64,000 nucleotides of DNA, from assembly GCA_963674865.2 (NCBI GenBank), contig CAXXYE010000006.1, forward strand, positions 64,001 to 128,000, written 5' to 3'. The stretch comes from Candidatus Hydrogenedentota bacterium (GTDB taxonomy: Bacteria > Hydrogenedentota > Hydrogenedentia > Hydrogenedentales > SLHB01). Position numbers and translations under genes: made by a program. The notes beneath the pieces were generated by a model that saw only the letters and a list, made by a program, of their open reading frames with translations, was not told the origin of the DNA and ran no database searches. Positions 16,096-25,738 of the stretch are shown piece after piece. Positions within the stretch are counted from its first letter, which is position 1, and each line of letters opens with the position of its first letter.

Positions 16096-18966
16096 GTGAC
16101 TGATGCGGAGTTGGTGAGTCGAATTCTTACCGGTGAGGAACACCTCTTCGGCGAACTTGTAGGGCGCTACGCCGGGGCCGTGTGGGCCATATGTTCGGGC
16201 TATCTCGCCAATCGAAGCGATTGTGAGGACGTGACGCAGGAGGTATTCACCCAAGCCTATCTACGCCTCAACACCCTCCGTCGCCCGGCGGCGTTTGCCG
16301 GGTGGCTCGTACAGATTGGCCGACGCCGGTGCAATGAATGGCTCAGGGCCACCTCTCGAAGGAATGCCGCGATGAACCGGTTTGAGAAGCACATCGACAC
16401 CCTGCAGGACACGGCCGGCGCTGACGAGGGACTCGCTCAAGAAGAACGCCGCCGTGTCGTTTGCGCCCTGGTTCGCACACTGCCCGTCAAGACCCGGGAG
16501 GCGATGCTTCTCTGCTACGGCGCGGACTACTCCGCGGCGAGAGCGGCCGAAGTGCTCGGAATATCGCCCAACACGCTGAAGACGCGCCTACACTACGGCC
16601 GCAAGTTGCTGCGGAAGCGGTTCGGGCGGGAGCTTCAGGCCGCCCTAGCGGCAAACGGCCCCAGGAAAGACTTCACGCGCGCCATCTTGGCGGCCATCCC
16701 TCTTGGCCAAGCGTCGTGGCTTGCCGGGGCGGGCATCGGCACAGGCTCAGGCGTGGCCGCCGCCGCGTCGAAACCGGCGCTGTATGGAGGGATCGCCATC
16801 ATGTCGAACAAAATGCTTGGGGGAGGTATCGCCCTCCTGGCTCTGCTGCTGGGCGCGCTAACCTACTCCGTTGCCGTCCGTCCCACGACGGATGATACGG
16901 CGAAAGGACCCGCCGCGACACCCGGGCTAACAGAAGCGGAACCAGTTGCAGAGCAAAATGGCCCCGCCCTGCGCGCCGAGGAACCACTTCAGCCAACGCC
17001 CCCAGCGCCTACTATCGAAGGCAAGGACGACACGCCCGGACTTGATGAGCCGCCCGCCGCTGTGAAGCCTGCGTCAGTCTCGGGCCATGTGAATGACGAT
17101 GCCGGCTATCCCCTTGACGGTGCGCGGATATGCGTCGAGATCGTCCGAGACGGAGACTGGAACGACGTCATCGCGTCATACGCTGCCCAGGCCAATACGG
17201 ACGGCCTCTACGAGGTCGGCGGCATCGACGTGTTCGGTGACGCGGCGGTATTCGCATCCGCCGAAGGGCGCATCATGCAGGCGTCGCGTATCGCGCTCTC
17301 GCCGGGCGCGAGACGTGACGGCGTCGACTTCACCCTCCCCCAGGCGGCTCATTTCGTTGCGGGCCGTGTCATTTCCGAACACAGGGTGCCGGTTCCGGAG
17401 GCGCACGTGGGCCTGATGTATTACGGATACGATGAAGAGGACATCGCGCGCACCGAGGCAACCGGCGCTACAATAGGGGGCATCGGCGGAACGAAACTGG
17501 CCTTCGCCGCTACGGGAGACAGGGGATACTTCGAGATCGCCGTTCCGGAGGAAGGACTATGTGATCTCAGAGTCGAGAAGGACGGCTTCGGCCGTCGCTT
17601 CTTCGCGAGAATCCCCACCGGAACCTTCGACGCGGAGTTCATGCTTCGCGCCGAAGGAGCCATCGCCGGCGTTGTAACCAGCACAGAGGGTGAGCCGATC
17701 GAAGGGGCGGCGGTCAAGGTCGTCGGCAAGGCACTGCCGGGAGGTCTCGCACCATCGGCGATGCATATTCAGGAACTCCCGGCGACAACCGTCACGGCCA
17801 ACACGGACGCCAACGGCGAATACTTGGTGGATGGCCTAGGTGAGGACTATATCTACACCGTTTCGGCCTCCGCACCTGGCCCTCTGGATACGAATGAGGA
17901 TCTGCCCGACGAACAGGGAACACATCACATCGCGAACACGATAACCCATTGGGGCAACATGAGTTATTGCCCACCAATGCATGCGAAAGCAGAAGGCGTG
18001 CGAGTGGTAGCGGGCCAGACAACGCCGCACGTCGATCTCGTGTTTGGCTCAACGGCCTGCGCAATTCTCTACGGCATGGTAACGGATCGCACTACCGGCG
18101 CACCCGCCTGCCCCGTCACCGTCGAGGCATCGGCTCTCGACGCCCAGGAGAAAAGCCTTCGCGGCACCGCCGCGACAAGCCCGGACGGTTCATACAGGAT
18201 ACTGATTCAGGATCTCGCCGAAACCTATCCGTTTCGCGTCTGCTATTGCTTTGTCACCGAAGGCGGGAGTGCGTGGCCCTGGCCTGAGAACGCCGTCGCA
18301 ACAATCGACTTGGGGCCCGGCGACGAGGAGGAGATCAACTTCACCGTCGATGCCCCCGTCACCGTCCCTGTCAGGTATATGGATGAAGACGGTGTGTCAA
18401 TCGAGGGGGTGCCGGCGGGAATGCGTGAGGCCGGCGGCTCGGGCGGATGCGGGGGCGCACTGACCTCCGACGCCGATGGGCGCGTCACGTTTCACGGCAT
18501 TCCCCCATTCATCGCGCTCGAGGCCCTGGCGTGGAAATCTTCCGAGTACACCCGCGTCACCATCGGCGTGAGCGAGCCGTTCACGGGCCAGCCGGGCGAG
18601 ACGCTTCCGGATGTAGTTGTCATTTGTCATGCCGTGGGCGGAATCCAGGGCGTGGTGGTGGATGGTGACGGCATCCCCTTTGCCGGCCGCAAGATTGCGT
18701 GCTACGCACTCAGTTCCGATGGTGCGCTTACGGAAGGGATCAAGGCGATGCTCGACCCTCAAGGCGCATTTTACCTACCGGAAGCGTTACCGCACGGGAA
18801 CTACCGGCGTGTCTTCATCCTGCATCCCTGCGCCGCTGACGAGGTTTACGTGGGCGTCGTTGAGAATGTGGACATTGGTACCGAAGGCATCACTGATTTG
18901 GGCGTGATCGCAACCACACCGGTTCCCAAACAGGAGGCGGCCTCAATGCTTGGCCTTCAGGAATAA
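16096..18966 (+). CDS. ECF sigma factor fused to a TM helix and extracytoplasmic carboxypeptidase-regulatory-like repeats
   Basis: Sigma2 EDVTQEVF..FAGWL; sigma4 LP...REA..AAEVLGISPNTLKTRLHYGR; TM IALLALLLGALTYSVAV; repeated G.V....G.P..GA and T..DG.Y modules. Confidence 0.85.
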   Translation: MTDAELVSRILTGEEHLFGELVGRYAGAVWAICSGYLANRSDCEDVTQEVFTQAYLRLNTLRRPAAFAGWLVQIGRRRCNEWLRATSRRNAAMNRFEKHIDTLQDTAGADEGLAQEERRRVVCALVRTLPVKTREAMLLCYGADYSAARAAEVLGISPNTLKTRLHYGRKLLRKRFGRELQAALAANGPRKDFTRAILAAIPLGQASWLAGAGIGTGSGVAAAASKPALYGGIAIMSNKMLGGGIALLALLLGALTYSVAVRPTTDDTAKGPAATPGLTEAEPVAEQNGPALRAEEPLQPTPPAPTIEGKDDTPGLDEPPAAVKPASVSGHVNDDAGYPLDGARICVEIVRDGDWNDVIASYAAQANTDGLYEVGGIDVFGDAAVFASAEGRIMQASRIALSPGARRDGVDFTLPQAAHFVAGRVISEHRVPVPEAHVGLMYYGYDEEDIARTEATGATIGGIGGTKLAFAATGDRGYFEIAVPEEGLCDLRVEKDGFGRRFFARIPTGTFDAEFMLRAEGAIAGVVTSTEGEPIEGAAVKVVGKALPGGLAPSAMHIQELPATTVTANTDANGEYLVDGLGEDYIYTVSASAPGPLDTNEDLPDEQGTHHIANTITHWGNMSYCPPMHAKAEGVRVVAGQTTPHVDLVFGSTACAILYGMVTDRTTGAPACPVTVEASALDAQEKSLRGTAATSPDGSYRILIQDLAETYPFRVCYCFVTEGGSAWPWPENAVATIDLGPGDEEEINFTVDAPVTVPVRYMDEDGVSIEGVPAGMREAGGSGGCGGALTSDADGRVTFHGIPPFIALEALAWKSSEYTRVTIGVSEPFTGQPGETLPDVVVICHAVGGIQGVVVDGDGIPFAGRKIACYALSSDGALTEGIKAMLDPQGAFYLPEALPHGNYRRVFILHPCAADEVYVGVVENVDIGTEGITDLGVIATTPVPKQEAASMLGLQE

Positions 18967-18982
18967 TGCCGCCCAGAAACAG

Positions 18983-19021
18983 CGGAGCGGGCCGCCGCCC
19001 TATTGGGCGGAGCCCGCTCCG
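18983..19021. terminator. Hairpin between convergent ECF and hppA genes
   Basis: CGGAGCGGGC..CCGCCC/GGGCGG.GCCCGCTCCG. Confidence 0.65.
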
Positions 19022-19039
19022 TAATCGCCTCTAATCAGG

Positions 19040-21100
19040 CTAAAAGAGATCGAACAAGGGGGTGATTCGAGCGAAAAGCGGCGCCAAAACCAGCGAAATG
19101 ACGCACATGAGCTTGATCAGGATGTTGATCGAGGGCCCGACGGTGTCCTTCAGCGGGTCGCCGACGGTGTCACCGACCACCGCGGCCTTGTGGGCATCGG
19201 AGCCCTTGCCACCGAAGTGACCTTCTTCGATGTACTTCTTCGCGTTATCCATCGCGCCACCGGAGTTGGCCGTCTGGATGCCCAGCATGACGCCGGTGGC
19301 GATGGCTCCAACAAGCATGCCAGCCAGGCCCGACGGCCCAAGCACCCAACCGATCAGTACGGGGAACACGATCGCCAGAAGGCCCGGGAGCATCATGCCG
19401 TTGATGGCGCCCTTCGTCGCAATATCAACGCAGGTTGTGCTGTCCGGCTGCACGCCTTCCTTGCCTTCTTTAAGGCCGGGGATCTCTTTGAACTGCCGCC
19501 GCACCTCGAGAATCATCGTGTCCGCGCACTTGCCCACGGCCCGGAAAAGCATCGACGAGAACAGGAACGGCATCATCGCGCCGATCAGCACGCCCGCGAG
19601 AATCGTCGGATCCGTCAGGCTCAATTCAAGTGCACGCCCCATGTCCGCGGCAACAGCCAGCATGAATGCGCTCAATAGTCCAATCGCCGCGAATGCCGCG
19701 CTGCCAATGGCAAATCCCTTGCCGATGGCCGCGGTCGTATTGCCGACTGCGTCAAGGTTATCAGTAATCTCTCGCACTTTCGGGTCGAGGCCGGCCATCT
19801 CGGCGATGCCGCCCGCGTTATCCGCGATCGGGCCGTACGAGTCCACAGCCACGACCATGCCCGTCGTTGCCAGCATGCCCAATGCCGCAATCGCCACGCC
19901 GTACACGCCCGCGCAGTGATACGCCAGCACCACCGATACGGCCAGGACAACCACCGGCCATGCCGTGCTCTGCATGCCGACCGCCGTACCTTCCGTCACC
20001 GCAATGGCCGGGCCCGTCTGGCAACGCTCGGCAAGCTTCTTCACCGGATTGTAGCTGCCCGACGTGAAGTACTCACTTACAAAACCAACCAGGGATCCGG
20101 ACACGATTCCAAGGCAGCAAGCCACGAAGGGACCCCACCAGGCGTAAACGTGTCCTTGAAGAACGAACTCCGTACCGGCGAAATACGCGTACGCGCCCAC
20201 GGCGAGAATCGTCAAGCCCGCGCTTATGTACGTACCCATCATGAGCGCGCCCTGGGGATTCGTCCGCGCGAACTTCTTGACGTACAGTACGCCGATGGCC
20301 GAGCAGATGATGCCGATGGCGGCAATCATGAAGGGCAGCGCGCGGATGTACGATGAGCCGCCCGTCGTCGTGATCAGCGCCGCAATCGCCAGACTCGCGA
20401 TGATGGACTCGACATACGATTCCAGCAGGTCCGCACCCAAACCGGCTACGTCACCCACGTTATCGCCCACGTTATCCGCGATCACGGCGGGATTCCGCGG
20501 GTCGTCCTCGGGGATGCCTGCCTCAACCTTGCCGACGAGGTCCGCGCCCATGTCCGCGCCCTTGGTGAAGATTCCGCCGCCGGAACGGCCGAAAAGCGCC
20601 ACCAGAGACGCGCCCATCGCGTAACCATTCACAATGACCGGGTCGCCGCCGCTGACCTTGTAAACGATGACAAGGCCGAGCAATGCCACGCCGACCACGC
20701 CCATGCCCATGACCGCACCGCCGCTGATCGCTACATCCAAGGCCGCACGCACGCCGCCGGACTCCGCCGCCGCCGTGGTCCGCGCATTTGCACGGGTGGC
20801 AATGCTCATACCGATCACGCCAGCACACGCACTCGCGATTGCTCCAACGACGAAGGCGGCGGCCGTTTCCCAGCTAGCCAGCCCCACCGTGATCAGCACG
20901 GCGATAACGACCACGAACACGCTCACATAGGTGTATTCGCGCTTCAGGAACGCCTTCGCGCCCTGCTGGATCAAGAGCGAGATCTCAATCATCTTCTCGT
21001 TGCCCTGGGGCTTCGACATAACGTACTTCGCCAAGTAGGCGATGAACGCCAGCGCGAGCACACTCGCGCCGAAAGAAATCCACAGAAATGGTAACTCCAT
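19040..21100 (-). CDS. hppA: Membrane-bound K+-dependent (probably Na+-translocating) pyrophosphatase
   Basis: GGIFTKGADMGADLVGKVE, EDDPRNP, DNVGDNVGD, GNTTAA (Ala = K+-dependent type), GDTVGDPLKD. Confidence 0.95.
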   Translation of the reverse strand: MELPFLWISFGASVLALAFIAYLAKYVMSKPQGNEKMIEISLLIQQGAKAFLKREYTYVSVFVVVIAVLITVGLASWETAAAFVVGAIASACAGVIGMSIATRANARTTAAAESGGVRAALDVAISGGAVMGMGVVGVALLGLVIVYKVSGGDPVIVNGYAMGASLVALFGRSGGGIFTKGADMGADLVGKVEAGIPEDDPRNPAVIADNVGDNVGDVAGLGADLLESYVESIIASLAIAALITTTGGSSYIRALPFMIAAIGIICSAIGVLYVKKFARTNPQGALMMGTYISAGLTILAVGAYAYFAGTEFVLQGHVYAWWGPFVACCLGIVSGSLVGFVSEYFTSGSYNPVKKLAERCQTGPAIAVTEGTAVGMQSTAWPVVVLAVSVVLAYHCAGVYGVAIAALGMLATTGMVVAVDSYGPIADNAGGIAEMAGLDPKVREITDNLDAVGNTTAAIGKGFAIGSAAFAAIGLLSAFMLAVAADMGRALELSLTDPTILAGVLIGAMMPFLFSSMLFRAVGKCADTMILEVRRQFKEIPGLKEGKEGVQPDSTTCVDIATKGAINGMMLPGLLAIVFPVLIGWVLGPSGLAGMLVGAIATGVMLGIQTANSGGAMDNAKKYIEEGHFGGKGSDAHKAAVVGDTVGDPLKDTVGPSINILIKLMCVISLVLAPLFARITPLFDLF

Positions 21101-21143
21101 CGTTTCGGACCTTTCCCGTTATCCCATTGTATCCTACGACCAA

Positions 21144-21860
21144 TTAATCAAAACGCTGCCCGAGGTCCTCGAGCGCCGCGCGCGCGGCCTGCTGTTCAGC
21201 TTCTTTCTTGCTGAAACCCGTGCCCCGGCCCATGGGCCGTTCGCGCACAACCACCTCCACCACGAAGGCCTTCCGGTGGTCCGGGCCCTCCGAGTGGACC
21301 ACTACAAACTCAGGCAACGGAAAACGACGGGCCTGACAGTAATGCTGCAAGCGGGACTTAAAATCCCAAACACGCTCCAAGCGCCGTTCCCGTTCAAACT
21401 CATCCCTAAACACACGCGCCACAAACTCGGACACCGCCAGCCATCCCTGGTCGATGTACAAAGCGCCCAACAACGCCTCGAGACAATCGGCCAAGAGCGC
21501 CGTTCGGCTTCGTCCGCCGGCTAGCTCCTCCCCCCTGCCGAGCCGGATGGACGCCGCAATACCCAAGCGCCGGGCAATCCGGGCCAGACACCGTCTATTG
21601 ACGACACCCGCCCGCATCCGGCTGTATTCACCGGGGGTTCTGTCCGGACACTCCTGAAAAAGGTAGTGAGCCGCCGCCAAGCCCAGCGCCGCATCGCCAA
21701 GGAATTCCAGCGCCTCATAATCGTAGCCGGGGCCTTGGCTTTCAGAGGCAATCGAGGCGTGCGTAAGCGCTCGGTCGAGCAGTTCGACATCGCCGATCAC
21801 AATGCCCAGATGGGCGGCAAGAGCCCTGAGTTCCTCGATCCGCTCGGAGTCAGCCAGCAT
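21144..21860 (-). CDS. rnc: Ribonuclease III
   Basis: ALTHAS, EALEFLGDA, ADCLEALLGALYID, dsRBD DFKSRLQ...GPDH...SKKEAEQ. Confidence 0.95.
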   Translation of the reverse strand: MLADSERIEELRALAAHLGIVIGDVELLDRALTHASIASESQGPGYDYEALEFLGDAALGLAAAHYLFQECPDRTPGEYSRMRAGVVNRRCLARIARRLGIAASIRLGRGEELAGGRSRTALLADCLEALLGALYIDQGWLAVSEFVARVFRDEFERERRLERVWDFKSRLQHYCQARRFPLPEFVVVHSEGPDHRKAFVVEVVVRERPMGRGTGFSKKEAEQQAARAALEDLGQRFD

Positions 21861-23082
21861 AGCGCCGCATGATGACGCACGCGTTATGACCACCGAATCC
21901 TAGCGAGTTCGACATGGCGATTGCAACGTCGGCCTCTCGGGCCTCGTTCGCCACCAGGTTCACGTCGCATTCCGGATCGGGGGTCTCGTAGTTGACGTTC
22001 GGCGGAAGGACGCCGTCCCGGATGGCCAGCACGCACGCGATGGCCTCGATGGCGCCGGCCGCGCCCAACAGGTGGCCGGTCATCGATTTCGTCGAGCTTA
22101 CGGGCGGCATGTCCTCCCCGAATACGCGCTGCAACGCCAGCGATTCCGTCATATCGTTGTACTTGGTGCTCGTTCCGTGCGGATTGAAATAGTCAACATC
22201 CGAGGGAACGATGCCGGCGTCCGCCAAAGCGCGGTTAATCGCCACGACGGCGCTTGCGGCATCATCGCGGGGCGCCGTGATGTGGTAGGCATCGCATGAT
22301 TCGCCGTATCCCACAACCTCGGCGAGGATCTCAGCGCCTCGGGCCTTCGCGTGCTCGAGCAATTCGAGCACGAGCACGCCCGCACCCTCCGCCATTACAA
22401 AGCCGTCACGTTCGAGGTCGAACGGCCGACTCGCGCGCTGAGGATCATCATTACGCGATGAAAGCGCTTTCATCGCCCCGAAACCTGCCAAGCCGAAAGG
22501 CACGATGGCCGCTTCGGCCCCGCCGGCGAGAACAACGTCCGCTTCACCGCGTCGAATGAGGCTCGTAGCTTCGCCCAGGCAGTGGGTCGCCGCGGCACAT
22601 GCCGTCACGACGCACTTGTTGGAGCCGCGAAGGCCCAGACGGATGCCCACATTGCCCGACGCCATATTGACAAGCCCCATGGGAATCATCAGCGGCGAAA
22701 CACGGCGCGGCCCACCTTCATGAAGCCGGACAACTTGGTTCGCAATAGTCTCGATCCCACCGATGCCGCTGCCGACAACGGCGCCACAACGGTAGGGATC
22801 CTCTTGATCAATATTCAGGCCTGCCTGAGCCCAGGCCTGGTCGGCTGCCGCCACCGCAAACACGGAGTAGCGATCCAGCCGGCGGAGTTCTTTGGCCGAC
22901 ATCCCGGCGGGCGCGCAGTCCTCACACATGCCCGCGATGCGCGACGGATAGTCCGTCGTATCGAATCGATCCACGATGGAGATGCCGGAGCGGCCCTCGC
23001 GGAGTCCTTCCCAGTAGGATGCGACGTCGTTACCCAGAGGGGTCACGACCCCCAAGCCAGTCACCACAACGCTGTCTCTCAT
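21850..23082 (-). CDS. fabF: 3-oxoacyl-ACP synthase II
   Basis: VVVTGLG, VTACA, RDGFVMAEG, HGTST, TGHLLGAAG, SNSLGFGG. Confidence 0.96.
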   Translation of the reverse strand: MRDSVVVTGLGVVTPLGNDVASYWEGLREGRSGISIVDRFDTTDYPSRIAGMCEDCAPAGMSAKELRRLDRYSVFAVAAADQAWAQAGLNIDQEDPYRCGAVVGSGIGGIETIANQVVRLHEGGPRRVSPLMIPMGLVNMASGNVGIRLGLRGSNKCVVTACAAATHCLGEATSLIRRGEADVVLAGGAEAAIVPFGLAGFGAMKALSSRNDDPQRASRPFDLERDGFVMAEGAGVLVLELLEHAKARGAEILAEVVGYGESCDAYHITAPRDDAASAVVAINRALADAGIVPSDVDYFNPHGTSTKYNDMTESLALQRVFGEDMPPVSSTKSMTGHLLGAAGAIEAIACVLAIRDGVLPPNVNYETPDPECDVNLVANEAREADVAIAMSNSLGFGGHNACVIMRRYAG

Positions 23083-23190
23083 ATGACCCCCATATGCAAC
23101 ACCCAGCTCGCGAAGACGTTCTACGCGAGCTGGGCGACCTCAATCATCGACTATCTATTCCGAGCGCTCTAAGAGCGCGGGACATCCTTT

Positions 23191-23430
23191 CTAGATCCGT
23201 GCCTCGATATACTTGATCGCGTCGGCCACCGTCTCAATCTGGTTAGCCTCATCATCGATATCGATGTTGAACTCCTCTTCAAGAGCCATCATGAGTTCTG
23301 TCTGGTCCAGGGAATCGGCCCCCAGATCATCGATGAAGCGGGCTGACAGCGTCACCTCCTCAGGCTTCCGATCCAGCCGCTCTTCCACGATCTTCTTGAC
23401 CTTCTCCGCCACGTTCACATCTGTTGCCAT
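23191..23430 (-). CDS. acpP: Acyl carrier protein
   Basis: [21 protein letters not shown] 23430 after GGAGGAGG. Confidence 0.96.
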   Translation of the reverse strand: MATDVNVAEKVKKIVEERLDRKPEEVTLSARFIDDLGADSLDQTELMMALEEEFNIDIDDEANQIETVADAIKYIEARI

Positions 23431-23499
23431 AACCTTCACCTCCTCCCAAACATGACTATGGCGCTCAAGACAAGACGCTCCTGAGCCACCACGGGCCGG

Positions 23500-23528
23500 A
23501 TTATAACAAGAACCTCACACAATTTCCA
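23500..23528 (-). promoter_or_regulatory. Promoter of acpP-fabF-rnc
   Basis: TGGAAA-17-TATAAT with TGn extended -10. Confidence 0.55.
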
Positions 23529-23543
23529 CTTATGACAAGTCCG

Positions 23544-24759
23544 GCTGGATTCAATGAGCAAGTGCAACGGCGTGTAGCTTGAAGACTTCGTTAGGAGTTC
23601 GGTATCCCAGTTTTTTGCGTGGCCTGTTGTTAAGTTGACGGACGTAGCTTTGGAGCTGGCTTTCGGCAATTTCCCTGAAGTTGGTGTTCTTGGGGAGATA
23701 CTGGCGTAGGAGGCCGTTGGTGTTTTCGTTGGTGCCGCGCTCGTAGGCGGCATAGGGATTGGCGAAGTAGGTGTCGAGGCCCAAGACCTCGGCGATGTGT
23801 CTGTGGTGAGCGAATTCGCTGCCGTTATCGAAGGTGATGGTCTTTGTCCAGTGGGCGGGCAGGTGCCTGAGTTGGTCGATGGCAGCCTGGGCGACGCCGT
23901 CGGCATGACGGGAGCCGAGCAGTGCGGCCCGTAGCAGCAAGGACTTACGTTCCACCAGGGTAAGCACGGCGCCCTGTTGGTTGGCCCCGACGAGTAGATC
24001 TCCTTCCCAATCCCCGTAGCGCTTTCGGGTGGCGACCTCGGGCGGCCGGGCCTCGATGCCGACGCGATTGGGAATGAAGGGCCTCGTGGGGCGGCGCTCC
24101 CCGCGTTTGCGGCGGCGCGGCCGCCGGCGTCGAAGACAACCGATCAAGGGATTGCCTAGCTTTTCATCGGTGTACAACGAGCGGTAGATGGTCTCGGGAC
24201 TGACGCGCATGCGCGGTTGGCCGGGGAAATCCAGCCAGAGGCGGCCCGCAATCTGCTCCGGCGACCATCCTTCCGTCATCTTGTCGAAGAGATAGCGCCG
24301 TAACGCCGGCTCACTGAGCGAGGTGGTTCTTCGGCAAGTCTTGCGGACCTGCTCGTATCGTTTCTGGGCGCGCGCCGCGGAATATGCCTTGGACGGGGCC
24401 CGATTCCGAGCCAGTTCCCGGCACACCGTCGAGGCGCTACGGCCCAACTGGACGGCAATGGCCCGTTGACTCAGCCCTTGGCTAAGCCATGCTTGTATCT
24501 GTCCGCGTTCCATTGGTGTAAGATGGCGATAGGGCATCGAGACTCCTTTCGGTTCTTGGTTCGTGCAAAAAACCCAGTGTACCGAACGGATTCCTCGATG
24601 CCTTCCTTGTTCTGTCTGCCTTGTGCTCAGAACTCACCTACAGCAAAGGGGGGCCCTTCCCGCTGTCGCCGTCCGCCGCCGCTCAGGGGTGAGCGACGAA
24701 CGGCTCCGACGGGAAAGGGCACTCACCCAACCATGTTGCACTTACAATAAGAACTCAGG
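23544..24759 (-). mobile_element. IS30-family insertion sequence (about 1.2 kb)
   Basis: Imperfect terminal inverted repeats sharing AAGTGCAAC (17/26 identity over 23543-23568 vs 24735-24760); candidate 2-bp TSD CG; ends uncertain by 1-3 bp. Confidence 0.85.
23551..24537 (-). CDS. IS30-family DDE transposase
   Basis: HTH (SQRAIA..LGRSASTVCRELARN), WSPEQI, GDWEGD, TITFDNGSEF, ERGTNENTNGLLRQYLPK, LNNRPRK.LG. Confidence 0.96.
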   Translation of the reverse strand: MPYRHLTPMERGQIQAWLSQGLSQRAIAVQLGRSASTVCRELARNRAPSKAYSAARAQKRYEQVRKTCRRTTSLSEPALRRYLFDKMTEGWSPEQIAGRLWLDFPGQPRMRVSPETIYRSLYTDEKLGNPLIGCLRRRRPRRRKRGERRPTRPFIPNRVGIEARPPEVATRKRYGDWEGDLLVGANQQGAVLTLVERKSLLLRAALLGSRHADGVAQAAIDQLRHLPAHWTKTITFDNGSEFAHHRHIAEVLGLDTYFANPYAAYERGTNENTNGLLRQYLPKNTNFREIAESQLQSYVRQLNNRPRKKLGYRTPNEVFKLHAVALAH

Positions 24760-24899
24760 CGGGCTATCCAAGGCCTGGCTGGGCGCCGAGCCTGGGCCTC
24801 AGTGCGCATAGCGCCACGCCATAATGGGAGGAATAGCAGGGCGGAAGCGCCTCAAGTCGAGGCTATGCGCCCCGCAGCCGGCTTAGAGCGGATCACGTC

Positions 24900-25694
24900 C
24901 TACGCCACGGGATTCGTCAGGCGGCCGATGCCCTCGACCTCGACGGTGATGGTGGCGCCGGACTTGAGGGTCTCCTTGGGCTCACGCTCCCAGCCGACGC
25001 CGGCGGGAGTGCCCGTCAGGATGACCGTGCCGGGCAGGAGCGTAGTGCCCTCGGAGAGAAAACTCACCAGCGTGGGGACGTCGAAGATCATGTCGGCCGT
25101 ATTGGAGCACTGCATCTCCCGGCCGTTCAGCGCACTGCGCACGCCGAGGGCGTTCGGATCGGGCACTTCATCACGCGTCACGAGTACGGGGCCGAGGGGA
25201 GCGAAGGTGTCGAAGCTCTTGGCGCGACACCACTGGGAGCCCCCGCGCTTCCGCTGCCACAGACGGGCGGATACATCGTTGGCCACGGTGTAGCCGAGAA
25301 CACAGTCCAAGGCCCTCTCACGGGGAACATCGCGCGCCGCTTCGCCAATAACCACGGCCAGCTCCGCCTCAAAATCGACCTCGTCGGTGCAGACACGCGG
25401 AATATGAATGGATTCGAGATGCCCCACCGCCGCGGCGGGATTCTTCATGAATAGGACGGGATACTCAGGGGACTGGTGGCCGGTTTCCTCGGCGTGGGCG
25501 CGGTAGTTGAGTCCTATGGCGAAAATCGCGCGGGGGGCCACCGGGGGCAGCCACTGCCTGGGAGTAACGACATCGCCGGTGATGATGGGCGAGCCACCAA
25601 GAGGGTCCCCTTCGACGCGCAGCAGCGTTCCATCGGCCTGTTGTGCCGCGAATAGCGTCTGGTTGTTCTCATCCACAATGCAGGCGATTTTCAT
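24900..25694 (-). CDS. Fumarylacetoacetate hydrolase family protein
   Basis: IGLNYRAH, DFEAEL, NDVSAR, KSFDTFAPLGP, ILTGTPAGVG. Confidence 0.93.
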   Translation of the reverse strand: MKIACIVDENNQTLFAAQQADGTLLRVEGDPLGGSPIITGDVVTPRQWLPPVAPRAIFAIGLNYRAHAEETGHQSPEYPVLFMKNPAAAVGHLESIHIPRVCTDEVDFEAELAVVIGEAARDVPRERALDCVLGYTVANDVSARLWQRKRGGSQWCRAKSFDTFAPLGPVLVTRDEVPDPNALGVRSALNGREMQCSNTADMIFDVPTLVSFLSEGTTLLPGTVILTGTPAGVGWEREPKETLKSGATITVEVEGIGRLTNPVA

Positions 25695-25738
25695 CTTACG
25701 CGATCTCCTAGCCTATCCTTCGTTCCGGGCAATCCGGC

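Noticed and set aside
23436..23906. 156-aa ORF overlapping the IS30 end
   Set aside because: Alternative frame of the transposase crossing the IR and the acpP promoter; no protein-like features.
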